Shown here: positions 29,698 to 42,259 of the stretch, one piece after another
Layout: each line of letters begins with the position of its first letter
How positions within the stretch are numbered: the stretch's first letter is position 1
Source: Octopus sinensis
Lineage: Eukaryota
Assembly: GCF_006345805.1 (NCBI RefSeq)
Contig: NC_043014.1
Span: 20,956,001 to 21,020,000, forward strand
DNA: 64,000 nt
Direction of reading: 5' to 3'
The notes under the pieces: generated by a model
Told to the model about the DNA's origin: nothing
Database searches by the model: none
What the model saw: the letters and a program-made list of their open reading frames with translations, nothing else
Program-made: the position numbers and the translations under genes

Positions 29698-29700
<3 letters not shown>
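28853..29700 (+). mobile_element. coding-free PLE-like / retrozyme-like element: terminal palindrome, 600-bp-period direct repeat, hammerhead
   Basis: Palindrome 28853-29021; direct repeats 28938-29119 and 29538-29700; hammerhead 29346-29436; (TA)n on both sides. Confidence 0.8.
29346..29436 (+). ncRNA. type-I hammerhead ribozyme with intact catalytic core
   Basis: cctacg-CTGAAGA-ggaa..ttcc-GAAA-cgtacg-TC-cgtagg; stems I-III all pair. Confidence 0.85.
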
Positions 29701-29767
<67 letters not shown>

Positions 29768-29774
29768 TATTCAT

Positions 29775-29998
29775 ATGGGTGCATGGTAAATTTGTGTGTG
29801 TGTCACTATGTCTATATTTGTTTCCCACCTGCACTGCTTGAAAACCAGTGTTGGTGTGTTTACTTCCCCGTAATCTAGCGTTTCGGCAAAAGAGACCGAT
29901 AGCATAAGTACCAGACTTAAAAAGGAAATGAGTACTGGCGTCGATTCATTCAACTAAAATTCCTTAAGGCTGTGCCACAGTCTAATCACTGAAAGGTA

Positions 29999-30000
<2 letters not shown>
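29775..30000 (+). mobile_element. SINE family A tail fragment
   Basis: gcttgaaaaccagtgttggtgtgtttac..cggcaaaagagaccgatag. Confidence 0.75.
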
Positions 30001-30031
<31 letters not shown>

Positions 30032-30174
30032 ATATATATATTACCTTTTACTCATATATATATTACCTTTTACTCGTTTCAGTGATTAGACTGTGGCACA
30101 GCCTTAAGGAATTTTAGTTAAATGAATCGACGCCAGTACCCATTTCCTTTTTAAGTCTGGTACTTATGCTAAAG

Positions 30175-30415
30175 AATAAAAGAATATATATATATTCTTT
30201 TATTCTTTCCTTTGTTTCCGTCACTTGACTGCGGCCATGCTAGAGCACCACCGAACAAATAGATACCAGGACTTATTCTTTGTAAGCGTAGTACTTGTAT
30301 TATCGGTCTCTTTTGCTGAAACGCTAACTTACGGGGATGTAAATACACCAGCATCGGTTGTCAAGCGATGTGGGGGGGGACAAACACAAACACAAAAACA
30401 CACCACCACACACAT
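30175..30415 (-). mobile_element. SINE family A tail fragment
   Basis: Reverse-complement tail. Confidence 0.8.
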
Positions 30416-30421
30416 ACACAT

Positions 30422-30455
<34 letters not shown>

Positions 30456-30463
30456 ATATATAT

Positions 30464-30497
<34 letters not shown>

Positions 30498-30519
30498 ATA
30501 TATACATATACATATACAT

Positions 30520-30753
30520 ATCACGTGATCACGTGACCACCATTGTTTTAGCCTTCGAATGAAGCCACCCCGCTGGCTAAGCGAGCAGGCCAACAGAAGA
30601 AGAGTGAGAGAAAGAGTGGTGAAAGAGTACAGCAGGGATCACCACCCCTGCCGGAGGCTCGTGGAGCTTTTAGGTTTTCGCTCAATAAACACACACAACG
30701 CCCGGTCTGGGAATCGAAACCGCTGCCCTAACCACTGGGCCATTGCGCCTCCA
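30520..30753 (-). mobile_element. SINE family B with internal deletions
   Basis: Lacks the ~22-nt actcgcggtcgtagg segment present in the 11393 and 50925 copies. Confidence 0.88.
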
Positions 30754-30781
30754 TATATATATAATATTATTATATATATAT

Positions 30782-30849
<68 letters not shown>

Positions 30850-30863
30850 GATATATATATATG

Positions 30864-30929
<66 letters not shown>

Positions 30930-31030
30930 GTATATATGTAATATATATGTATATATATATATGTATATGTATATATATATATGTATATATATGTATATGT
31001 ATATATATATGATTATATATTATATATATG

Positions 31031-31071
<41 letters not shown>

Positions 31072-31147
31072 CATATACATATATATATATACATTATATA
31101 TATATATATAATAATATATATATATATATATTATATATATATATATA

Positions 31148-31350
31148 TGGAGGCGCAATGGCCCAGTGGTTAGGGCAGCGGTTTCGATTCCCAGACCGGG
31201 CGTGGTGTGTGTGTTTATTGAGCGAAAAAAAACACCTAAAAGCTCCACGAGGCTCCGGCAGGAGGTGGTGATCCCTGCTGTACTCTTTCACCACTCTAAA
31301 GGCGGTGCTCCAGCATGGCCACAGTCAAATGACTGAAACAAGTACAAAAA
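31148..31350 (+). mobile_element. SINE family B head fused to a family A tail
   Basis: B head to 31297, then aaaggcggtgctccagcatggccacagtcaaatgactgaaacaag. Confidence 0.85.
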
Positions 31351-31371
31351 AAAAAATATATATATATAGTG

Positions 31372-31436
<65 letters not shown>

Positions 31437-31490
31437 GTATTATTATGTATATATATATATATATGTATATATGTATATATATATGTATAT

Positions 31491-31535
<45 letters not shown>

Positions 31536-31815
31536 ATATATATATATATATATGTATAATATATATGTATATGTATATATATATATGTATATATATATAT
31601 ATGTATATTATATATATGTATATATGTATATATATATGTATATATATATATGTAGATATATATAGATACAGATATATGTAATATATCTTATATATTACAT
31701 GTATATATATATATACAATATATATACTATATATATACATATATACATATATATATATACATGTATACATGTATATATGCATATATATTACATATATATA
31801 TATACATATATATTA

Positions 31816-31847
<32 letters not shown>

Positions 31848-31880
31848 CATATATATATACATATATATATACATATATAT

Positions 31881-31965
<85 letters not shown>
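31350..31965. repeat. long degenerate (TA)n array
   Basis: Direct inspection; similar arrays at 12150-12435, 27325-27440, 28530-28850 and 30753-31147. Confidence 0.95.
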
Positions 31966-31966
<1 letters not shown>

Positions 31967-32879
31967 TGAACCCACTCAAACCCAAGGATCCCCAATTTAC
32001 AATTAAAGACCACAATTCCGATTTTTTACTTAAACCAAACTGTCTATTCTTGTCGAGAGACGCATGAACTTAAGTAAACACGTACATCAATTAATAAATA
32101 CATAGAACATACATACATACAGACAGATAGGCAGGCAGTCAGACAGACATACAAACACATACATACACGTACATACATACATACATACATACATACATAC
32201 ATACATACATACGTACATACATACATACATACATACGTATCATTGTTTAGACAGACATTTATCTACTGAGTGAGTGACCTCTTAAGATGACCCAATTATA
32301 CTAAAAACATTGTTTAAAGTGAGAACAGCTTGACTAAAAGTATACAAATGTTGTTGCTACTGTGGTTGTTGTAGCTGCTGCTACTGCTGCTGTGTTATTG
32401 TTGTTGTTATTTAACCTTGAGTGAGTAGATCAAAGGCGTCCCAGCCATGACTAATTCATCTTGCTCTCAAGAATTAGCACATCAAGGAAACATTATTCAA
32501 CGCTTCTATTGTCGGCATATCGAGCAGACACATAGAAGCACCTTTATGGAAGCGGTGCTACTGTTTGCTAAAAAGAATTATTTTGATATAAAGTGATTAA
32601 AAAGTCTACATAAAGATAATGTTCATATGTATTTGTGGTTTAAATGTTAAACAGTGTACAGTAGAAGGTAAGATGGCGGCCGAGAGAAGAAAGCAACAGA
32701 GCGAGGCAAGACTATTCCCTGATTCAAAAGAGAAAACCTTTGCGATGCAGTTTCATCAGCCATGTTCTATGTGTGTGCGTCTCTGTGTGTGAGTGTATAT
32801 GTGTGTGTATGCGTGCACGTGTGTGTATGCGTGCGCGTATGTGTACGTGTGTATGTGTGAAGCTTATATATATATATAT

Positions 32880-33050
32880 AGGCGCAGGCGTGACTGTGTA
32901 GTAAGAAGCTTGCTTCTTCTCCACCACAAGGTTCCGAGTTCAGTCCCACTGTGTGGCACCTCGGGCAAGTGTCTTCTATTGTAGCCTCGGGCCGACCATG
33001 GCCTTGTGAGTGGATTTCGTAGACGGAAACTGAAAGAAGCCCATCGTATA
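32880..33050 (+). mobile_element. SINE family A head
   Basis: ggcgcaggcgtg..ggcaagtgtcttct..gaaagaagccc. Confidence 0.85.
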
Positions 33051-33065
33051 TATATATATATATAT

Positions 33066-33715
33066 ACAATTCATAAATAAGGGCAAACGAAAAAATTTCT
33101 AATGCCAAATATGCCGAAAAATTGGACATATTGTCCATTAACCATATAATTCTTTCACAATACGCACGCTACTCGAAAAAAGTCGACAGAAATTTCTAAA
33201 CAATTCCATTATTTCCATATCGGACGGATTTCAGGGTTAGCTTATAACAGCCCTCTCTTCGTTAGTAATGCATGTGGCAAAAGAAATAAATGAGATACTT
33301 ACTCATACCCATGGAAGAAGCAAACACTATGTCATGAGCACAATTAAGTACCCCAAATACATCCAAAATAGAAATACTCCAGCCCATTCGAGACACGTAC
33401 GATTTGAACTGATGCTCTCACAGAGTGAAAGAGTTCGGAAGTGAACGCTTAAATTTATATCTAATGTAGGATAAAATTTTTTTTGAAAAAAATTCTTTTC
33501 CCAAAAAATTTTATCGTGCGTATTGTGAAAGAATTATATGATTAATGGACAATATGTCCAATTTTTCGGCATATTTGGCATTAGAAATTTTTTCGTTTGC
33601 CCTTAATTATGAATTGTTTATAAATTTAACCTTTAAAAGTATTTTTTAATATGCTGGCCATTGATAAAATTTTTTTGGAAAATAATTTTTTTCGAAAAAA
33701 ATTTTATCCTACATT

Positions 33716-33720
<5 letters not shown>
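33066..33720. repeat. AT-rich unclassified repeat in nested inverted arrangement
   Basis: 33066-33165 is inverted at 33515-33615; 33460-33515 is inverted at 33660-33720; homologue at 62943-63190. Confidence 0.75.
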
Positions 33721-33749
<29 letters not shown>

Positions 33750-33750
<1 letters not shown>

Positions 33751-33850
33751 AGTTATTTACTCAAGGACACAAAGCGTCGCCTGGAACGGAACTCACGACT
33801 TTACGATCGTGAGCCGAATATCTTAACCACTTAGCCAAGCACTTTCGCCA
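33750..33850 (-). mobile_element. tRNA-derived SINE head (family C-like)
   Basis: Reverse complement gtggttaagatattcggctcacgatcgtaaagtcgtgagttc. Confidence 0.6.
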
Positions 33851-34544
33851 CATAAATATATACATACATAAATAACTACTCACATACACAAATAGACATA
33901 CATTATTTTATTATTTATTCTTAGTAGAAATCAGGACAAAATCATGTTAATGATAATATCGCGTGGCCAGAATGAGATAAAACCTTGTAGACTATATACT
34001 GAAATTGATAAATATATATATAATTATATTAAAGGGATCAGGAGATAACCTTCTCCAACATGCTAAAAGAAGATGCCAAAGGCGCTAAAAAGCCACTGTT
34101 ATAACTTCTACAAAACACGGGTCGTGAGCGAGCAAATGAAAAATACCTAATAACACTTCGCAGTCAATTGTGTATTGGGTCCAATTTCGGGATTAAAGCA
34201 GTAGAAATAGCTTATTCCCCATGTTCAGCACAATATTCAAAGAAACATAATCACAGATATTTATATATACCCATACGAAGCAAAGGCGTGCTTCCATATA
34301 CAAATATCCGTGCTTATGCATCAGATAACCCTAACCCTAAATTTTCATTTCCTTTCTCCAAACGTTTACGGGTTTGCTCATAGCTAGATATTCAACATAG
34401 GTTATTCAACAATTAGTATAAAACTCAGTAATAATTCTTATATGATGATAATTTAGAAATATAATCTGTAGATCTATTTGAAGAAATATTTATATATAAA
34501 AATGAATTAAAGGAAATGCTAATGTTACTTCGTAATAATCCTTA

Positions 34545-34601
<57 letters not shown>

Positions 34602-35379
34602 TGTTATATATATATATATATATATATATTACCACGCCGACACATAATATACACATTATGAGACAAAGCTGTTTGATTATCATTGAAGGTAAGGTTCGTA
34701 AGGTTTCTGTTTATGTAATCTCCGTAAGATCGGTGTAAATGGCTTACGTTGTGTATGAATGTCGGCTCTATGAGTAAGGTGGAAGGAAAATGATGTGTGG
34801 CTGTCATTTAGCCTTTAATGCACTGAAGGAAATATACGGAAGACGTTACTGAATCTTGCAGAAGAGGTTTCTTTCTACACCTCCAAATGCGTTGAGCTTA
34901 TTGAGATTTCATTAAAAAGTACAAAGGTAATTTTTGTTGGATTCTTTCGGTTTATGGTGTTTTTTTATTATGTCGTCTCGATACAAAATCCATCTGCACC
35001 TATCTGGGTATTCAGAACGTAAAGAAGTGAAACAATTACCACAAAGCAATTTGTGCAAGGATCTCGCAATTCAACCAATTCATTGCCCTGGGTATGTCTT
35101 TATCGTTTCTGAAATCGCGAGTGACATTTAAAAAGTTGGAACAAACCTGCACACAAACGTTTCTGTGTGTTCGTTAATTTCAGAATTAATGGAATATGTT
35201 TCAGGAAGCGACTGAGAGTTTTGACGCCGCACGCTACACTGACACGAAATTTCTGGTCTAAGAAATGGAAAATAGGTATAGACCTCAGGTCTTAGGTATA
35301 GGAATCTGATCTGGACTAATGTAGACAAGTATTGACAAGAGAATCATCGACCTAAAACATGGAAGACAGATGTATCTCG

Positions 35380-36130
35380 TTTTTTTTCTTTGGTTGGCGT
35401 ATTTTTGTTTCTTTTTTCTGTTTGTTACTTTTTGCCATTTAGAGTCCTCCCACTCCCTCATCTTTGCTATACGAACAATCTGTGTAGTGTGAGTCAAGGC
35501 TTGTCTTGGGGAGGTTTGTAGTATTGTTCTCTTAATATAACTGTTTTGTGGTTTTCTGTTGCTGTTGCTGTCTATGATGTTGTGGCCTTGATGCAGTGTA
35601 CTTTCTGTTGTTTCGTTACTGTAGGTATTATTTCCAGTCTTGTTGCTGATGTTGCAGTCACTTTTGCTGCTGCTGTTACTACTGTTCTGTTTGTTTCACA
35701 CTTACTATCATTGATGCTGATGTTGCTCCTATCGTCTCATGTCGCTGTTGGTGCTACTACTGTTTCTGCTGTTGGTACCGTTGCTATTGTGGTTACGGTG
35801 TCAGCAGAAGTTCTAGTCTTCCGTTTCTCCTTTGCTGTTTACAGAAAGCTTTCAGATGGTTTGTATCACCACGCAAATGACACTTTGACCTTTTGTCTTC
35901 TACGGCCACATATAGCTTTGTACCGTCAGGCAGTTTGCTCGGGTTTGTGATAGATTCCAACCGGATTAAAAACTTCATCTCCTGGTCCGACCAATTTTGT
36001 TTCTGTTGCCTCTGGACCTGCAGAATATTGCTTTTGTCCACCATAGCAAAGAGCTGACTTAGTGGCAGAAGTGCGGCGACTTCTTGAGGAGGCTTGGGGA
36101 TAGACGAAAATGACAATGATTTCAAATTTT
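35380..36130 (-). pseudogene. degenerate gag-like ORF1 of an L1/Tx1-type LINE
   Basis: DGTKLYVAVEDKRSKCHLRGDTNHLKAFC (decayed CCHC-like knuckle), Q-rich linker, KWQKVTNRKKKQK. Confidence 0.45.
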
Positions 36131-36139
36131 GGCACAAGG

Positions 36140-36335
36140 CTAGTAAATTCAGGTGAGAGGCCAAGGGTAAGGCGATTATATCGACTCTAGTTCTCATCTG
36201 GTACTTATTTTTCTCGACCCCGAAAGGATGAAAGGTAAAGTCGACCACAGCGGAATTTGAACTCAGAACGTAAAGAAGGTCGAAATGCTGCTAAGCTTTT
36301 CCAGGCGGGCTAATGATTAGCTCACCACCTTATCT
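36140..36335 (-). mobile_element. SINE family D
   Basis: cgaccccgaaaggatgaaaggtaaagtcgac..ggaatttgaactcag. Confidence 0.8.
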
Positions 36336-36734
36336 TATTTTTAAAACATAGAAGAAGAATTCTTTATTCTGGATGTATTTAAAATCATGTGGTTTCGAGC
36401 GTTTAGGAAAAGGTGTGGAAACAGAACTGAGCCGCACCTGAACTTATATGAACCGCGGAAAAGAAATTAAAGATATAGCTAAAACACCGAAACCTAACTC
36501 AGATGCAGCTAAGCGGCTTGTGAGGGATGCTTCCTGGTACTCTGCACACAAGAAATCACACGTTGGCTCAAATAAAGGTGAAGCTAAACAACATAGACTT
36601 GTGAAGTCCCTCTTCAAAGAAAAAAACAGAAAACTAATAAAAAGAAATCGAAAAAAGGAAAACACATGAAGTGACAACGTTCTTCTTATCCTTTCTTCTT
36701 CGACTTCTTTCTGTACCCTACCCCAAACATTGTC

Positions 36735-36774
<40 letters not shown>

Positions 36775-36776
36775 TG

Positions 36777-36839
<63 letters not shown>

Positions 36840-36883
36840 TTAATAATAATAACAATGTCGATGATAATGTTGATGATGATGAT

Positions 36884-37392
36884 TCCGTGATACAATTCCA
36901 GGCAGTGGTTCTCATGGCTGTTGATCTTAACTGATTGGAAGTGTTATCATGTACACATTTAGTCATGGTGTAAAAGATGGGCTAGAATAAATATTCTGCT
37001 CAATACAACAGATTTGTTTGTCAGTTGCTGGACCTTAACAAGTTGAGCATGTCCCTTAGTGGCTGACGATATGTGTATCTCTGATCACTAACAGGAGTAA
37101 TGGAAAAGCATCATAGTCATATGTTGAGTGGAACACTTAAGGGTTTGAATAATATACTTCCAAACAAGGATGTTATTTGTTCAACTTCTTTAAACACCCC
37201 TTATTCAGAGACCTTTTCAGAAGAAAATTCCAACTGGGTCATGCGCTGCTTAACTTGATATGAGATCACCATGTCGCACACATATGGTTGTGATACCGGT
37301 GCCTGGTGTACTCTTATCAAATGGGTAGTCATGATAGGCTTCGTATATTTGTACCCAAGCGTCACTTGATGACATATGCTGCTCTCCCATTC
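36884..37392 (+). mobile_element. TAA-flanked non-coding element (copy B, internal deletion)
   Basis: Homologous to 40007-40553; (AAT)n on both sides. Confidence 0.85.
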
Positions 37393-37432
<40 letters not shown>

Positions 37433-37455
37433 TAATAATAATAATAATAATAATA

Positions 37456-38954
37456 AGAGAGAAATATGGTCGGCGAACGAACAACCAAAAAAAAGGAGTA
37501 TCAAAATAACAAACTCGGCATCTGAACAACTTTGGACCCCCATAACAGCTGAAGAGGTCACCCAGACACTGCAAAGACTAAGCAACTGGAAGGCACCTGG
37601 GCATGACAAGATCCCCAACTTCTGGTTGAAATATCTAACAGGAATGCACAAAAAGCTGGCTGAAAACTTTAACAACATACTAGCAGAGCTAGAGACAATG
37701 CCTGAATGGCTCACGAAGGGGAAAACCATCTTAATTACCAAATCAAATGAAACAGAAAAACCAGAAAACTACAGACCAATAACCTGCCTCCCTACTATGT
37801 TCAAGGCATTTACTGCAGTGATATCACAAAGGCTGAACAAGCACCTGGACGAAAACAAACTGTTCCCAGAAGAGCAGAAAGGATGCCGCAAAGGCTCATA
37901 TGGCTGTAAAGATCAACTAATGATTAATAAAGCCATAACTGAAGACAGCCACAGAAAGAAGAAAGGCCTCAGTATGGCCTGGATTGACTACAAAAAGGCG
38001 TTTGATAGCATCCCCCACACATGGATCCTCGAAACACTAGCCATTAACAAAGTAGCACCAACAACCATAAAATTCATAGAGCACTCTATGAATAAATGGC
38101 AAACAGTCCTACAGCTCCAAACAAAAGAGGGACTCATGAAAACCAAAGACATCCCCATTAGAAGAGGAATATTCCAGAGAGACACGCTCTCTCCACTCCT
38201 TTTCTGCTTGGCACTGTCACCTCTATCTGATATACTAAATAGAACTGGATGCGGATATAAATGTTACGGCAAAACGATCAGCCACCTTTTATATATGGAT
38301 GACCTAAAACTATACGCTGCAAATGACAAACAGCTGGAAACATTATAAAAGACAGTTCATGGATTACCAAGAAATAGATATGAAATTTGGATTAGAAAAA
38401 TGCGCCAAAGTAACCATGAAAAGAGGAAAACTAGTTAAGAGTCACAACATCACACTAGATAAAACCAATGAAATAAAAGAATTAGCCCAAAGCCAAACTT
38501 ACAAATACTAGGAATCCATGAACTAGATAAGACACAACACACACAATGAAAGAGAAATAAAAAAAGAATATTATAGACGAGTTAGATCAATACTAAAAAC
38601 AGAGCTCAATGCTAAAAACAAGATAATAGGTATCAACACTTTAGCTGTCCCAGTTATAAGTTACAGCTACAATATCCTTAACTGGACACGAAATGAACTG
38701 ACCAAAATAGATAGGAAAACAAGAAAAATAATGACAGGATCTAGGATGCATCACCCAAAATCTGACATAGAAAGACTATATATACAACGTATATATATAA
38801 AATAACCACCATAGGACTGCAAAAATATCTACTTCAGAAGGAAGGAAAACTGATCCAGATAGCGGCAAAACACGAGCAAAACAAAAAACTGTTCTCAGTA
38901 TTTAAGGAAGCTGACAAATACAAACAAGAAATCATACCACATAATAAACATGAA

Positions 38955-38986
<32 letters not shown>

Positions 38987-39925
38987 TGAAGAAACAACAA
39001 AAGCTATAAAACAAATGAAATCCAAACTAAAAATAGAACAGCAACGAACCAAGATAAAACGATGGCAAGAAAAGCCCCTTCATGGTAAATACTGGACTAA
39101 ACTAAACGCAAAAGAAATAGACAAAGAAAAATCCCAGCAATGGTTGAGAAGCTCAGGACTTAAAGCAGAGACAGAGGGATTTTTAATTGCAGCACAAGAC
39201 CAAAGCCTCCCCACCAGAAATTACCAAAAACATGTAATGAAAAGAAATATTACAAGTAACTGCAGAATATGTGGAGATGGACAAGAAACAATAAATCATA
39301 TTATCTCTAGCTGCCCAGTCTTGGCTAAGAAGGATATATTCACAGACATGACAGAGTTGGAACCTACATACATTGGAAGCTATGCCAACATTATGGAATA
39401 ACAACAGAAAAAAGATGGTATAGGCACACACCAGAAAAGGTCACAGAAAACGAGAAAGCACCATACTCTGGGATATGCCGATACACACAGATAGAGAAAT
39501 TAAGGCCAACAGACCAGATATAGTTGTCAGAGATCATGAGAAAAAAAAATGCTTTCTAATTGATGTATCAACCGGCAGATGACAACGTGTCTCTAAAAGA
39601 AATGGAGAAACTCTCAAAATACAAAGACCTGGAAATAGAGGTAACTAGAATGTGGAATCTGAAAACAGAAACAATCCTATCATAGTAGGTGCATTAGGCA
39701 TGATAAAAAATATTCAGACAAATACATAACAAAAACACCAGGACTTACAAACACATATAACATACAGAAAATTGCACTACTAGGCACTGCACACATCCTA
39801 CGCAGAACACTTTCCATACAATAACCATCAGAGCATCACAACAAATCACAGCACATACCAAGGCACACAGAGCTGCGCTCGGTAGTGAAGTGAAAGCACG
39901 CTATAAAAAAAAATAAAACTACTGA
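37456..39925 (+). mobile_element. 5'-truncated R4/Dong-clade retrotransposon with RT, CCHC and restriction-like endonuclease, inserted in (AAT)n
   Basis: YMDDLK; CRICGDGQETINHIISSC; RPDIVVRDH..FLIDVS; IIVGALG; LGTAHILRR. The 3' UTR ends aaaactactg-(AAT)n. Several frameshifts and a (GAA)n expansion at ~38952-38990. Confidence 0.95.
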
Positions 39926-39931
39926 ATAATA

Positions 39932-39969
<38 letters not shown>

Positions 39970-39977
39970 TAATAATA

Positions 39978-40006
<29 letters not shown>

Positions 40007-40008
<2 letters not shown>

Positions 40009-40553
40009 TTCCCTGATGCAGTACCAAACACTGGCTCTCATGGCTTCTCATCTTAATTGATTGGAAGTATTATCATGTACAAATTTTGTCTTGGTAAAAA
40101 AGATGGGCTACTGCAAATATTCTACTCAATACCACAGATTTGCTTGTCAGTTGTTTGACCTTAACCATTTGAGCATGGCTCTTAGTGACTGACGATATGT
40201 GCATCTCTGATCATGTAGTGGGGAGGCATCATTGCCATGTGTCGATAGGAATTCTTTTGGGTTTGGATAATTCACCTCTGAAAACATAGGTGTTTTGTTC
40301 AACATTCTTAAACAACTCTTATTCAGGGACCTTTTGAGCGGGATGGGTTACTCAACCTGGAGAAAATTCTAACAGGGCTCCACCTGCAAGGTCATGCGCT
40401 GTTTATCTTGATATGAAACTACGATGTCGCGTACATTTGGTTGTGATGCATGTGCTGGTGTAAACTTATGAGATGGGTAGTCATGATGGGTATACTGGGT
40501 TTCGTATATTTTACCTCAGTGCCACTTTGATGGCATGCACTGCTCTCTCACTC
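40007..40553 (+). mobile_element. TAA-flanked non-coding element (copy C)
   Basis: Starts ttccctgatgcagtacc, ends ctgctctctcactc-(AAT)n. Confidence 0.88.
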
Positions 40554-40605
<52 letters not shown>

Positions 40606-40640
40606 TAATAATAATAATAAAATAATAATAATAATAATAT

Positions 40641-40804
40641 TTATAGGATTGAGATAACTCCTCCAGAAGATATAGAAGCAAAAGAGAAGAGTACCATTGT
40701 TATCAGGTGAACGATATTTCGACATCTTGTGTGTCTTCAACTGGTTCAAAAATAAACTGTTCTTTTTTTTTGCTTCTATAGAGGAGTTACCTCAATCCTA
40801 TAAA
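40641..40804. mobile_element. small MITE-like unit with 24-bp terminal inverted repeats
   Basis: tttataggattgagataactcctc ... gaggagttacctcaatcctataaa. Confidence 0.55.
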
Positions 40805-40932
40805 TATTAACTAAAATGAAGTAGATTGAAAATTATATTTTTGAACTTGTGGAAGACACATGAAGTGTCGAAATGTTGTTCATTTGATAACAATGGCACT
40901 CTTCTTATTTTTGCTGCTGCTGCTGCTGCTGC

Positions 40933-40964
<32 letters not shown>

Positions 40965-41060
40965 TAATAATAATAATAATAAGAAGAAGAAGAAGAAGAA
41001 GAAGAAGAACAACAACAACAACAACACAACAGCAACAATAATAGACAGACAGACAGACAT

Positions 41061-41141
<81 letters not shown>

Positions 41142-41217
41142 AAGAAAGATAGGTAAACAACAATAGTTAAAAAATCCACTCAAGCTACTACTGGTGCAGC
41201 TGCTGCTGCTGCTGCTG

Positions 41218-41256
<39 letters not shown>

Positions 41257-42259
41257 TTACTATCAAAGCAACTAACGTCATTGAAACAACAAGAACGAAA
41301 GGGAAGTTAAAAGGATGGGCTGGAACATAGAAGACTGAATGAACAAGAAAGAAAAAAGAAAGACATAAAGGAGAAGAAGAATGAATGAATAAATGAAGGA
41401 ATGAAGGAAGGGAAGAGTGAATGAATGAAGGAAAGAATTAAAAGAGAGAGAGAGAGAAAGAAATAAAAGTAAAATATAGAAAAATGGAAGAATGAAAGAC
41501 CAAGAGACTGGAAGAAGAATTAAGGGTAAGGAAGAAAGAAATATAGAAAGTAGGAAAAGGAATACAGTAAAAGAAATAAGAAAAAAGGAAGATAAAAGGA
41601 CAGGAGGGAAGAAGAAAGAAAAACAAAAATAGATTGAGAGAAAACGAAAGAGAACGAAAAAGACAAAGAAGAAAGAAAATCGAATGAAACAGAATGAAAG
41701 AAGGAAGGAGCAAAGAAATAAAAGCGAGTGTAATGTTGTGTCAGTGGAAGCAAATGGAAGGTTCTGTGTAATGTGTCATATTAAAGAGGAGTAATGGAGG
41801 TTTTATTTAACAACAATATGGCCGACAACAAGAAGCCATCTTTCTATGTCATCGCCATTTACCTCACGTCCGCTTGTTCAAGTAGTGACAAATTAGTGCC
41901 AATTAGGGAACGTTAATTTTGTATTACTCCGCCATACCACGCTTGCTTCTCTGCTGCCTAAATTGGCTGAAATTTCAGCTGAATTAGAAAGACATCTTTT
42001 TGCATAGAATCAGACGGTACTTTGGTCAAACAATGAAAAGATGGGGAGTATTGGAAGGTGGTGGGAAGTAGTTTAGCCTTGTCGAGACCCTGATGATGTG
42101 TTTACTAGAATTAAACCGATGCTTTTTGCTTTTTGCTGTTCTTTGAGATGCTTTATTTTATTTGTTTATGTATTTATTTGCTTTGGTTTTGTTTGTTCGT
42201 TATATCAGTTCTTATTTGATATAGGGACGTGTTTAAAAAAAGAAAAATCGCCATAAAAG

